Source: Octopus sinensis
Lineage: Eukaryota
Length of the DNA stretch: 64,000 bases
Assembly (NCBI RefSeq): GCF_006345805.1
Contig: NC_042997.1
Coordinates: 96,100,001 to 96,164,000, forward strand
Direction: 5' to 3'
The notes under the pieces were generated by a model. That model had not been told where the DNA came from and did not search any database. It saw only the letters and a list, made by a program, of their open reading frames with translations. The position numbers and the translations under genes were made by a program. How positions within the stretch are numbered: the first letter of the stretch is position 1; each line of letters begins with the position of its first letter. Below, one piece after another: positions 40,998 to 53,587 of this stretch.

Positions 40998-41635
40998 TGC
41001 GTAAATTGTTTGAATCGGTTTATTGATTTTATATATTTAGGAAAAGGAAGTAGTCAGAATTTAGGATAATTATTAATATCGGAAAATTTGATATATATGT
41101 GGGGGGACGTGTGCGCGTGCGCATAGCGTGTTTGTAAACATACACATATACACACATCCATTCATACATATACACAAGCTTGTATAAAGCAAACATATTC
41201 TGTGAGAAGTGAACGTTTAAATGCTGCCATCTGTCCGCAGGTTTCACTACAGAAATTATGTGCAAGACCTCATCAACTTGAAAAAGTAAGTGAGGGTAAA
41301 GTGAGAGGTGTTGCCTCCCAGCAGTTTTGCCAAAGGGTGGGTGAGTGTAGCGTGAATAGCCCTACAGAATAAACCTACTCTAAGCATGCGCAATTAGATC
41401 TAGAGCAGATGAAGAGGAGAGAGTTCTAGACTCAGAGTTTATGGCGGTAGTGGTTTTGTGGGATGTCTACGATTATCCATTAAAATTCTCCCTCCTTTTG
41501 AAGAATATAACTAGTAAAATTTTGCTTCTTATTCTTTATCCACCCGTATCACTGCCACTTTCTGTGTATTAGACTGTCCTGAACCAACGCCAATTTTTTA
41601 CATGAACCCTCAGTGGTTAATGAAGAGAACATTTT

Positions 41636-42046
41636 TATTGTTGTTGTTATTATTAGTATTATTATTGTTATTATTATTATTACTATTGAGTGAGAGAACA
41701 GTGCATACAATCAAAGTGACACTAGGGTAAAATATACGAAACTCAGTATACTCATCATGACTACCCGTCTAATAAGGGTACACCAGGCACATGAATCACA
41801 ACTACATGTGCGCGACGTAGTCACCTTGTACCAAGATAAAGAGCGCATGATCTTGTAGGTGGGGCCCAGTTAGAATTTTTCATCAGGTCTAGTAGCCCAT
41901 CCCGCTCAAAAGGTCCCTGAATAAGGGTTGTTTATGGATGTCGAATGAAACACCCATGTTTCCAAAGGCTAAGTACCCAAACTCCCTAGAATTCTTTTCA
42001 ACATATGGCTATGGTACTCCCTCACTACTTCTGCTCGTAATCAGAC
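41636..42046 (-). mobile_element. Non-coding retroposon 3' end (LINE 3'UTR or SINE) with an (AAT)n tail
   Basis: (ATT)n at 41636-41686 abuts a GC-richer body with no ORF. The family is recalled as a common octopus repeat; not verified. Confidence 0.5.
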
Positions 42047-42935
42047 ATGCATATAGTGTATGTTTTCTTATCGTGTTCTTTGTTCTGGTTCTCTTGTAGT
42101 AGTAGTTGTTGTTATTGCTGTTGCTCTTCCTACTGTAGCTTCCGCCTCTGCTGCTGGTGCAACTCCCACTGCAGCCTTTACTGTAACAGCTGCCTCTTTT
42201 GTCTCCTAGGGTTCATTTCGTATTCTATTCCCTTGCCTTCTTTTTGTTGCTGTTATTCTTCTTGTTCTTATTGTTTATGTCGACTTATAGGTCGTGGTGC
42301 TTTCGTCTGTTCTAGTTCTGTGGGCAGAAAACCCTAAGTGGGCCGTTGAACGACAATCGTAGCACCTCGGCCTTCTGCCCTCCACGTTTACCCTTAGTTC
42401 TATTCCACATGAAAGGGCAGTCATCTCTGGGACTTTCTGTAACTGCTCTGGCTTCACGTGGAGAAGAACCTCTAAGGTAGTCCCAACCAAATTGTCCCTC
42501 CCTGATCTTTTAACGTCCAAGAGAATTTGCCCTCCGTCCCTACAAATACACGCGAGAAACGACCGTAGATCCAAGCCTGGTGGAATAACCAGGTGCCCTA
42601 ATTCGTACCGCCTTCCGTCCCATGTACGTTGGAAAGGGGGCGATTTCTTCGTTGCGACGCGTGGTCAACGAGTTCTGTATCGCCTGCTCCTCGGTCATAA
42701 AAAGGGCCTTTACCCTGCCGTACTTCTTTACTCTCGCAATGTGGTGGATGTCTTGCCATAGGTTGTTCAAGGCTTTTTCCACATGGTCGCGTTTAGCATT
42801 TTTAAACTTCCATATTTTTGTGCTTACACAGCTATAGACGACAGTTCCTCTCGCTGTTGCTTCGAGCACGTTGTTTGGAGGTGTCAATTCTGATCTCCTC
42901 CCATTCATTTTCATAAATTCTGCTGCTTAGTTTAG
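42047..42935 (-). mobile_element. L1/Tx1-like ORF1 remnant (gag-like, zinc knuckle), inverted relative to ORF2
   Basis: ORFs 42540-42914 and 42275-42574: FPTYMGRKAVRIR...LRVNVEGRRPRCYDCRSTAHL (CX2CX4H knuckle), followed by an A/T/E-rich low-complexity tail. Confidence 0.7.
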
Positions 42936-42939
42936 TTTT

Positions 42940-45210
42940 TCTACTTTGTTCTCCAAAAGCGCTACTTTTAGACTGGTAGCGCTTTATGCCCCAACAGGGG
43001 CTGGAAGGCCAGATTTCGTCAGGCGCCTAGAAACATTCTTGGGAACGTCTCACATTTTAGTACTATTGATGGACTGGAATAGTATTTTGAACGGAAGGAC
43101 TGTGTGTTTAGTACATAGTAGAAGGGTGTGTAAAAGCCTCGAAAATATGCTGAGGACTTTCCAGCTTTCTGACAAATACCGACTAGAATTTCTTTGAGGC
43201 AAAACACTAAGTGTATGTTGTCAGAGCTAAGTCCAGTCCAGTAAAACACGAAGGAACTAAAGTCGTCCTATGGGTTCGAACGGTAGAGACGCGACGTGGA
43301 AACAAAATTACGATCAAGTCTTTGACGTATCAGGACGGATATGTGCTACTCGGTTCTGAGCAGACGTGTATGGCTTTCCAGCAGCGCTTTACGCGGCTGT
43401 TCTGGGTGGGTGATGGGTCGATGACAGTAGGGAACATTATTTCGTACCTAGACGGCCTACAACGGCTCTCAGTGACGGATGAGAGATCCTGCGAAAAGCC
43501 GATGACAACCTCTAAAATATGGGAGGCGATGACCGATTGCACAAGTCGCAAATCGCCCAGTTTAGATGGTCTGCCTTACGAATTCTATGTCCTCATGCTA
43601 GATTTGTTTTCAGCCTCTTGACAGATGTCTACAGTAACTGGCAACCGAACAGGAGAATTCCTAATGCTGTTAGCCGGGATGTGGTAACACTGCTGAGAAA
43701 GGACAGCGACAATGGAAACGCGCTAGGCAAATTTCGGCCCATAACTCTGCTAAACACAGAGTTTAAGATTTTGATCAAGGTCTTAGCGAAAAGGTTTGTT
43801 CTTGTCGTTTGCAGTCTGGCCGGGGAGGCACAAACGTGCGCAATCTTGAGCAGGTCTATCCACGACAACCTCTAACTTATGAGATACATCGTACAGAATG
43901 CTGGGACTAGAGCTGGCTGAGGTGGGGCCCTGATCAATTTAGATCAATCAAAAGCTTTCGACTGGGTAGACAATCGCTACTTAGAAACCGTCCTTAAAGC
44001 GGCCGGTTTCAGACCCGTTTTCAGAGGCTGGTTTGCTGCAATGCACAGTGGCACCTGCTTGGTAATTTAAGTAAATGGCCACCTATTGGAACCGTTTAGC
44101 ATCGCACCTTCGGTTCTTCAGTGCTGCTCGCTGTCACCTCTTCTGTATGTGCTGGCTCACGAGCTACTACTGCGGACGTTGGGACGGTTAAGAGGTTTGC
44201 CTTTTGAAATTGGACTGGAGAAGGCATATGAGTCGGTTGTAGGGACTAAAATCAATACTGACAAGTCGTTGGGATTGCGATTGGGCACCTGGAGAGGTAG
44301 ATCGATTTCTGGATTGGTTCCGTCCTCCAGATGTATAAGAATTTGGAAGAGGTGACGAACAGTGTGACCCCTCTTACCCAGAAATGGGTAGAGAGGAAGT
44401 TGTTCCTGAAAGGTCGGGCAGAGTGGCGAATATCTACATAACATCTGTCATTATTTATCGTCTAACCGTTGTGCATTGCCCTAGTTACTGCTTGATTAAA
44501 TTGGGGCATATCCTGTTTATTTTCTTGTGGAAGAACGCATTCCAATGGAAGGGACGCGTTCCAACGTGGAGTTATGTCGAACAGTTGCTGTCGCGTTCAG
44601 GACAGATCCATCTGTCGTCTGAGTCCATAATGATGATTACTCCTCCGCCCTCCTTTAATCGACCTGGCAAGGCAGTTTTCCTTTATCTAGTGTTTGTGGC
44701 GAAAGGGGCTATCTGGTGGCCGAGGCTGAAAGGAATGAGGACAGAAACATTTCTCTTTAGTAAAGCCCTCATCGACTATTTCAAGTTTTACTTGAAAAGG
44801 AAAATGAGGGTGGAGATGGAGGTGCTGTCCTCGAGTGAATTTATGAAAAAGTGGGTGAAAGTTGCGAAAATGACAAAAGTGAATGGTACCATTCTCAGTG
44901 TAGATCTGTAAGCCGGAAGAAAGTAGTTGGAAAGGGCTCTCGTCCTTGGTATTAAGTGTGATCTTAGTTGGTGGGGTTCTTTGGTTATCCCTAGAGGCCC
45001 TCCTGTATCAGAGGTATCCCATCACAATCACTGTTTTGTTTTCTATTTCTCCTCTTTTTTTTTACTGTCGTATACTTCCCTTCTTTTAATGCATAAAATG
45101 TAAACTTTTTATTTAATAAATACCATTATATGTAAACACCCACACTTTATGCCAGTCTTTGTATTGTTCGCCCTCATCCTTCGCCCTGGTGTCAATCATT
45201 ATTATTATTA

Positions 45211-45292
<82 letters not shown>

Positions 45293-45293
45293 T
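42940..45293 (+). mobile_element. L1/Tx1-like ORF2 pseudogene (endonuclease C-half plus RT), 3'UTR and (ATT/ATC)n tail
   Basis: FRLVALYAP...DWNSIL; KSPSLDGLPYEFY; FRPITLLNTEFKIL; LINLDQSKAFDWVD; VLQCCSLSPLLYVL; YESVVGTKINTDKS. The YADD block is deleted near 44215. ORF ends at 44911. Confidence 0.9.
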
Positions 45294-45954
45294 GATATTT
45301 TAAAATATGAGCAAGTTCTTTATTTCTTTTATTTTTATCTCCAAATAGCTTCAGAATATTAAAGCAAGTACTTCGGTGTATATATGTCATTAGACATTTT
45401 TACTACTTGCACGTTCTACTGACATTCATTTAGAATTTTCTATGCTTTGTTAAATAACTGTCTCAGAGGCAGATGACAAATGTGCTCGTCAAAGTAGCTG
45501 TAGCACTAACATTAAAAGAAATACCACATCCAAGTTATACACGAAGGAATACAAAAAAAAATCTATAATAAAGTTTTAGCTTGAAGCGTAAACAATCTTG
45601 CAAACTTGAAAGCAGAGAAAATAATGTCGCTGGAGCATTGGTTTAATTGGGAAAAATGGTAATATCGTCAACGACAAACTAGGAAGCCAAAATAGTAACA
45701 GCGATATCACCATTCCATCATTCCCTCAAATAGGGACACAGCCAGCTCGGGTAAACGGTAAGTCAATGTACAAAATATGTCACAAAGTACGATGTCTAGC
45801 CAAAGAAAAGTGAGGGTTTATGTGAAATAACTCGTTACCACACCCACCCACACATACACACATACATATATGTCCCTTTATTGTACCACCTAACTGTCTG
45901 GATGTTTTGCATTTTTGTCCCATTTATATATACATATATATATATACATATATA

Positions 45955-46003
<49 letters not shown>

Positions 46004-46084
46004 ATATATATAATATACTATTAATACTACTACTATGTGCGACACCAGGTTTCATCTCAGGATTCAGTAAGTGGTCGGTGGAGA

Positions 46085-46282
46085 ATTTTTACTACTTCAC
46101 CAGCCTTAATTTCATGCCAGATTTGTCTTCAGTCTCTTGACAGATGTCTACAGTAACTGGTAGCCGAAAGGAAGAATTCCTAATGCTCTTAGCCGAGATG
46201 TGGTAACATTGCTAAGAAAGGACGGCGACAATGGGAACGTGCTAGGGAATTTTGGGCCGATAACTCTGCTAAACACAGAGTT
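46085..46282 (+). mobile_element. Second Tx1 RT fragment, paralogous to ~43575-43772
   Basis: TCTTGACAGATGTCTACAGTAACTGG...ATAACTCTGCTAAACACAGAGTTTA is shared; roughly 85% identical by eye. Confidence 0.85.
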
Positions 46283-46289
46283 TATATAT

Positions 46290-47040
46290 ATTGGTTCCCA
46301 TGATTCAATATACCTGAGAATTGAAAAAAGCAGCAAAGCATTTGGAAGGTTCGAAAATCGTGTGTGGTCTGATAGAGGTATCACCTTCAAAACCAAGCTC
46401 AGTATAAATGAATCTTACATTTTAACGGTCCTCCTGTACTCCTCTGAGACCTGGAAGACATATCGATGTCACATCAAGACTTTAAAAAGATTCCATCGGA
46501 CTTGCCTAAGCAAGACACGTGACATCAAATGGAAGACACCGTTGTTCTTCAGCAAGCTAACGCCTCCAGGATAGAAATGATCCTCGAACGCAGTCAGATG
46601 CGATGGGTTGGGCAACTTGCTGGGATGCAGGTTGACAGGTTGCCAAAGCAGTTATTTTACCGGGAAGTGCAGCATGGCAAACATCCGAGACATATACCTA
46701 AGAAACGTTTTAGTGATGCTGCCAAGAGCAAACTTAAGTCTCTTAATGTGAAAGTTGAAGACTGGGAGCAGATGATGCAAGATCGATTGGTTTGGAAAGA
46801 AATGATCTACAACAGACATAAAGCATATGAAGCTCGAATAATTGAAGAATCTGTCTTGAAACGAGCACTTCGTAGACAAGACTTAACTACAATTCCAGAC
46901 ACTCTTCTACTTAAAAATATTTGTAAGATATACAGTAGAGTTTGTTTGTCAAGAACAAAACATGCTAGTCATATAAGCTCTCTTAACAGTATTTATTAAT
47001 TGAAGAGATGGCCTTATTCTGTAAAGGAGAGACAATCATC
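46290..47040 (+). mobile_element. RTE-clade LINE 3' fragment
   Basis: RIEKSSKAFGRFENRVW...LLYSSETW...RFHRTCL...QMRWVGQL...RLPKQLFY...CKIYSRVCLSR; ends with a short (ATC)n tail. Confidence 0.9.
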
Positions 47041-47047
47041 ATATATA

Positions 47048-48334
47048 TTGGGTCATCACATAAATAATGCCATTCGTTTATATTTCTTTTATTTTTTAAA
47101 TCAAGATAAATAAAATTATTTTTTAATCTAAAATATGCTCTCCTTCATATTCTACAATGATCTCCCATCTATCTGGTAGATTTGACAGATCCCTCTTCCA
47201 AAATTCACTTATCCATAACGAAAAAATACACCTCCAGTATTATTCTGAACTCGTCTACAGAATTCATATTTTTTCTGTCCAAATGATTTTATAGACTGCG
47301 GAATAAATGATAATGAAATGGGACAATATCCAGCGAATATGGTGGGTGGGGCATCGTTTCCCATTCAAACTGTTCCAGCATTCACAATGCCATCATCGCT
47401 ATGTGGTCGAGCATTGTCCTGATGGAAGAACACTTTTCGTTTTGAAACCAAAGATGGTCGCTTTTCTTCTAGCACTGACTTAAGCCGCTCAAGCTGATCA
47501 CAGTAGATATCCTTTGTTATCGTTTGGCTTGGGTTTAAAAGTTCAAAGTGGACTAAACCTTTCAAATCCCTACAAACAGATAACAACACCTTACGTGGAT
47601 GAAGACCTACTTTAGCATGGGGTGCCGGTGTTTCTCCTTTCCCTACCCACTGTATTTGGCGCTTCACATTTTTAAGGAGAACCCATTTCTCAGAACTAGT
47701 CACTATACTGTACAAAGAAGGTTCATTCGTTAAAGATGGCAGCAAAGAACGTCACACACTCACACTCTGCACGCAATTAGGTGCGGAAAGTTTGTGACGA
47801 ACACATTGACACAATTTGCTGACCTTTCCGATGGCACGCAGCTGTCGATGAATGGCTGAATGACCAAATCTAAGCTTCTCTTCTCCTTCCTCCACAGTTA
47901 TGATGAGCTTTTGTTCCATCAGGGTTTGCAGGACGTCTTCGTTGAGCTCTACAGATCTTTTAGGACGGGGCTCGTCTTCTAAGCTGTAGTTTCCGGCTCG
48001 GAATTTCTGGAACTACCATTGATACTGCCTTACGCTTATTGTTCGATCTCCATGTACTGCATTAACATTCCTTGCACTTTCCGTTGCGTTGTTGTCTTTA
48101 TTGAGCTCATAAAGCAAAATATGCCGAATATGCTCCTTTGTCCCTTCCATTATAGCTTTGAAAAAATAACTGTTAAAATCGAACTGTACTCTTCAAAACT
48201 TTCACTAGGAATAGATTCAAGGTAAAATTACTATCTGTTTTTTATAGTAAGTTCATGCAGGTAGTTTATCCCGCTCCGTTCCGACTTTCAGTTCATGCAA
48301 TCTAAAAAACCGCATTATTTAAAGGATGACCCAA
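47048..48334 (-). mobile_element. Full-length (1287-bp) mariner element with degenerate TIRs
   Basis: Left TA|TTGGGTCATCACATAAATAATGC; right GCATTATTTAAAGGATGACCCAA|TG. Confidence 0.9.
47123..48150 (-). pseudogene. Mariner transposase pseudogene (~342 codons, with stops and frameshifts)
   Basis: MEGTKEHIRHILLYE...SLEDEPRP...IVTSSEKWVL...LHPRKVLL...FHQDNARPH...HPPYSLDIVPFHYHLFRSL...GEHILD*. The first and third catalytic aspartates appear mutated. Confidence 0.88.
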
Positions 48335-48735
48335 TGCGCGCGTGCGTGTGTGTGAAGAAAGGCAAAGTTGACTTTGTCTGGAATTGAAACTTGGGACATA
48401 AACACGTACAAAATGTTGCTAAACGTTTTTCCCGGCGAGCTTACGATTCTGTCAGGTTGTTAGTTTGCCTAATTGTAATACATTAACAATCGCTGATTCC
48501 CACCCCTAAAATTTATTTTGCTATTTATTTACAAAATATCTGATCTGCCACCAACACCGAATGACTATCACTTATCAATATACCAATCATGATTACCTAA
48601 ACAATCGAAGCCGGTCGACTACGTAAATATTATACTTCATTAATGTATTTTTCAACAAAAACATTTCTGCGAATTAAATAATAGATAGTGATGTCTGGTT
48701 ATGTGTGTTGTCTCATAATGTGTAAATATACTTAC

Positions 48736-48931
48736 CGGGTGGCTTAGGAAGACGTAGCTGCTCTAGCATACACTCGTGGGCCTCCAGTGGCAACTGAAGC
48801 AACTTATATAGATCACTTGCAGTGATATTTTGGTAAGCAGTATTATTTATAATTGACGTTTGCCAGTTATCTTCGTACAACATTTCTTCTGAAAATTTTG
48901 AAGCATTTTCATATTTAACAAAAGCGGGCAT
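48736..48931 (-). CDS. Putative host coding exon: N-terminal extracellular segment of a class B (secretin/calcitonin/CRF-type) GPCR-like protein
   Basis: Open frame MPAFVKYENASKFSEEMLYEDNWQTSIINNTAYQNITASDLYKLLQLPLEAHECMLEQLRLPKPP ends at a consensus donor CCG|GTAAGT (phase 1, exon end 48736). Three N-X-S/T sequons. An alternative acceptor TTTTCAG| at 48888 gives a 153-nt phase 1/1 exon. The family call rests on pattern resemblance only. Confidence 0.45.
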
Positions 48932-49380
48932 TTTCTTTGATTTTTGAATCGATGGATATTAAATTATACTTGCATATAGTTTTCTGTATCAAATTAAATA
49001 ATATATCTCACTGACATACATATATATCTTATCTTTTCTTTGCCAACTAATTTCAGAAACTAGAACCATAGAGGGAAAGATATGAAATAAAATATGAACA
49101 GTATTATAATGGGAAATATCAATCAAAGGAATATTAATATTTTGTATTATTTATGTGACATCGTAAGTATCCAGCATGCTTCCTTTATGTATTCCTTGCA
49201 TCAAAGATTTAACTGCAACCAGCATGTAAGTCTCCTTGTTTGTTCTGTATAAGTTGTTACATTACTGAAATAATAAAAATAAAGATTGATTAACATTTCG
49301 TAACAGATATGTGAATGAAGCATAATTACATTGGGATTACATACCCTTGTCCTAATATGTATGCGTGTGCGTGCATCCAC

Positions 49381-49431
<51 letters not shown>

Positions 49432-49549
49432 GTGTGTGTGTGTGTGTGTGTGTGTGTATAAGGAGAATTCCTAAAAAGCAAAAGATGAAGACAAGTGGTG
49501 TAGACAACAAACAGATGTATTAGTTTAACGCTCGCGAAGTGAAAAAGTA

Positions 49550-49583
49550 TTTGACGTTTCGAGCCTACACTCTTCCACAGAAA
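49550..49583 (-). ncRNA. Minimal type I hammerhead motif with variant core (CUGUGGA)
   Basis: UUU-CUGUGGA-A-GAGU-GUAG-GCUC-GAAAC-GUC-AAA; loopless palindromic stem III (ACGU). Confidence 0.55.
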
Positions 49584-49736
49584 GGAACACAGAAAGAAAC
49601 AGGGAGAGAAAATAAAGAATGTGTAGTGTCTAGCGATCTATCATGGCGAACGCTGGACACAGGGTTCACACAGGAGAGCTAGAAAGAAGGGGAGATAATA
49701 AAATAGTGGTGATCCCAAAATGAGGGTGCGCGTGCT

Positions 49737-49967
49737 TATAAGATATTTCTTTATTGCCCACAAGGGGCTAAACATAGAGGGGACAAACAAGGACAGACAA
49801 AGGGATAAAGTCGATTACATCTACCCCAGTGAGTAACTGGTACTTAATTTATCGACCCCGAAAGGATGAAAGGCAAAGTCGACCTCGGCGGAATTTGAAC
49901 TCACAACGTAACGGCAGACGAAATACGGCTACGCATTTCGCCCGGCGTGCTAAAGATTCTGCCAGCT
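49737..49967 (-). mobile_element. OK-type SINE inserted into the Penelope-like element
   Basis: Well-preserved copy ATATTTCTTTATTGCCCACAAGGGG...GCCCGGCGTGCTAAAGATTCTGCCAGCT. Confidence 0.88.
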
Positions 49968-52900
49968 AGAGCATGTATGTACGTGTGGAAGAGGGCTGGT
50001 GACCTTGACGTGTGCGTGTGTGCATGTGTAGGTGTGTGAATGATGGTGTGGGTGCTGGGAAGTGGTCAGTGCTAGTGTGTGCGTGATGGTGTGATGTGAT
50101 GTGGTGTTGTGTGGTATGGTGGTGTGTGGTGTGGTGGTATTGGGGAGGTGAGAACGGGAAATCAAGGGTGGGGTGTGGGTTAGGTTGAGGGTGGGGGTAA
50201 TGGTGAGAATGTTGGAGTGGGTGTAAGGGATGGGATGGATAAGAAAGGTGGGGTTGGATTGTGTAGGGGTGGGATTACGAGGGAGGGGTAACGATGAAGG
50301 GAGAGGGGAAGGAAGAAGTTGGATAGGAGTGAAGGAAAGAGATAAGGAGGGTAGGAGTGAAGAGAAAAAGTAGGAATCAGAGCATGATAAGAGAGGTGGG
50401 TTGGAGGAAGTAGGTGTGAGAGGAGGAGAGGATGTTTAGATTAAGAGGGGAAGAGAGTTGAGCCCATGTGGCGCAAAGGAGTGAAGAGAGAAGATTAATC
50501 ACTGTTCGCAGCGAAGACGAGAGTCCTGATAACCCCTGTGCAAAGAGAATCCGAACACAGACAGGTGTTGCAAAGAGTGACCGGTAGAGCGGATATGGCG
50601 TGAGACCGGGCTGTCATTACCGAATCGGATGTCTCGGTGTTCCGCTAACTTGTCAGCAAAGGGGCGTCCCGTTTGCACGATGTTTAGAGAAGGACAGAGA
50701 GAGCAGGAGATGCAGTAGATGACATTGGTAGAAGTGCAGCTGAAGGAGTCGGTGATTTGATAGGGTCGATGATGGGTTGCAACATACAAAAGTAGCTCCC
50801 CAAACACTTGTTTTATATTCTTATATTTGATCGAACTATTATAGAAACTTTAAACTACTTATGTTAGATAATACAATATCTTCACACTTTGTTTTTATTT
50901 GTTGGCATCCACTCGCACAATTTGTCGAACTTCATTATATTTTAAAACTTTATGACCATTCTTTAATACAGAAATGTGTTTTGTTAGCTATCATTATAAT
51001 TGTATAATCAATCTGTAAAAAATAATAGAATATAATATGCAGCCATAATTTTTATTTTTAAGCCAAGACGTTGAAAAAGTACTTCCCAATTTTAAGAATA
51101 GTTTATATATGTCTACATTGTTTAATTTTCTCTGTTTAAAATGGGAATGTCGTTTTCGGAGATGTTAGAACGTATATTTAGCAGTTCGTGCGGCCACCTA
51201 GGGTCACGTTCGCCAGTTCTTTCATGACTTACGTATACATAGTCATAGGAGTGGCATTTTTAGCAATCGTAATTATAGAGAAACTTTGTCGAAGGTGTGT
51301 ATTATGTTGTTTGATAGCAGCAAATGTGTAGAAAGTCTCTGTCTCTAGATTCTTAATTCATGGAGAGATCTTGATTAAATTTGATCACTTGAATGATTCC
51401 TAAAAGTTGAAAAATGATAAAGCAATTATAAAGACTCAATCACTGTTGTAGACTTTTATAGAATGCGATGCTTGCATCTATTGTTTGATTTTTTATGTAG
51501 TGTTTAATGTGGTGGAGAAATTTCTGTCAGTGTTTAAACTTGTTTAAAACAAAACTGGTACGTTGCATGTAGTACAGTCATAATCAGAGAATCCTTTCAG
51601 TGATAGGTAAGATATATCTCTTTATCCTTAGAAAGTAATATTATAAACAGCTGCCGCAATAGGAAAACTGATTTTTCAGAAGCAAAATGAACTGAAGTTC
51701 ACAGTTTTTGTTATGCAAGAGGAAGAAGTGCTGATTGCTTACATTTTGTTCAATTAAATATTAAAATGCATAGAAAGGACATCGCGTTTAACTTCAAGCA
51801 AGAGGAACAACTTATTCACGGATCCCAAACACTTACGCTTCATGTTTTTACTTAACGTTAGTGTGTCACTTAGACTTGGACACCCTAAACATTTCAAAAC
51901 GGTTACGTCAAGGCAAAGAAGTATATTCAACTGACGTAAGTAAATAATTTATGAAAATGTTGCGTTCTTTTTATAGACACGCACGCCGATAGAGAGTTAG
52001 AAGGATAGACAGACAGATAGCCAGGCAGGTCGATAGATAGAGGGACAGTCACACAGACAGACAGAAAAATTGACAGATTGGGAGACAGATTTTGTATAAT
52101 TGTCTTCTATTAAATTTCCTTCTTATCTGATTGGCAAAAAATAAACGAAGTACCAGTTATTTAAATGTGAACCATTTAAAAGAGATATTGATCTAGCAAT
52201 CTAGGGAAATAAAGATATTGAAAGTCCACAATAAGGAAGAGCAATATTAAAGACGACATTGCAATCTAATCTCCCTTTCCATCTGTCTGCTTTTTTGAAC
52301 GACATTCAATGTTAAAATCGATGACTTCGTGGTTATAAAATTGTTGCAAATGATGTCTGTTCTTTGCCTCTCCACATCTGGTCAAGTTAATTCAGGCTTA
52401 AGACTGATAATGCTGCCAGTGAGAATTTTTATTATATATCTCTGTTAAACGTGAAGCATTAAAATAAATATGATTATTATGTTTGAATTGAAATGTATAT
52501 TAAAGATATTTAGATCTTTCCGATCTGTTACTCACAAAAATTATTATGCTGAAAAGGATTACTTTCTTTTCAATATAATAATTTCAATGAATTAGATTCA
52601 GTAGGGACATATTACTGGGGCAGTATGAATAGATAGCAAATTGTTGTGATTGAAATTGTCATCTCCAAATTTACAATGATTTCATAACCATATTCCGAAA
52701 CGTTGATGGCATATTTCAAGTATTTTACATCGGCATGATTATGTTGGTCTCTGTTTTGAGGTTGATGAGAGAATTAGTATTTTCAGTTGCATATGTTGAA
52801 ATTTCTGTTTCAGATGCTGGGGTTATTGATGCTTTTTTCTCTAATTTCGTTGCATACACTGTTTCAAAATGCAATAGCGTTATATATTTTAAGTATCGAT

Positions 52901-53146
52901 CATTCCGTCACTGCAATAAGTATGAGAATTAGTTTGAACCTTTTCTAGGTCTGTATGTGATGCTCTCACGGACATCTACTCTTATACATTCATAGATGCA
53001 TATATATATATATAATTTTTAGTCGAAGAAATCGACCCCAGGACTTCTCCTTTCTAAACTTGGTGCTTATTATATCGGTCTCTTCTTGTCAAGCCGCTAC
53101 ATTGCCGGGACCAAAACACAACAACAGAGATTTTAGAACTAGCTTA

Positions 53147-53181
<35 letters not shown>

Positions 53182-53212
53182 TGTGTGTTCATGCGTGCGT
53201 GTGTATGTATGG

Positions 53213-53247
<35 letters not shown>

Positions 53248-53500
53248 TCATAACGTTTAGCAGCTGTGTGGCCTTCCCTTAAGCCGCAACATTTCACCCC
53301 ATTGTGCTGCTGATATCGTAAGACTTGAGAAAAAAAGAGAAAGGAACAGGTCCTGTATTCCTCTGTGTATGTGTGTTCGCCCGTGGTGTTTCCATCGTGG
53401 TAGTTGTTGCTGTTAATGCCATCGTCGGCACCGTCGCTGCTGCTGACCGTGTTGTGTTGTTGCTATCATATGGCTGTCTATGAGTTTTCATGTGTGTGTG

Positions 53501-53546
53501 CATGGATGTATGTATGTTTGAATGTATGCATGCAGATGTCTATGTG

Positions 53547-53587
<41 letters not shown>

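Larger units (their letters stand above)
49460..50785 (-). mobile_element. Penelope-like element 3' part: GIY-YIG endonuclease, low-complexity 3' region, pLTR with hammerhead
   Basis: SFSCTSTNVIYCISCSLCPSLNIVQTGR...EH...VSRH...GH...SRLRCEQ*LIFSLHSFAPHGLN; hammerhead motif at 49550-49583. Confidence 0.88.

Noticed and set aside
41241-41291. Plus-strand 45-nt segment between CAG and GTAAGT as a micro-exon
   Set aside because: It lies in repeat-like sequence and has no supporting partner exons.
52600-52960. LILILIAVT plus S/T-rich tail as a protocadherin TM/cytoplasmic remnant
   Set aside because: The pieces are in different frames with stops and no cadherin repeat upstream; the resemblance is superficial.
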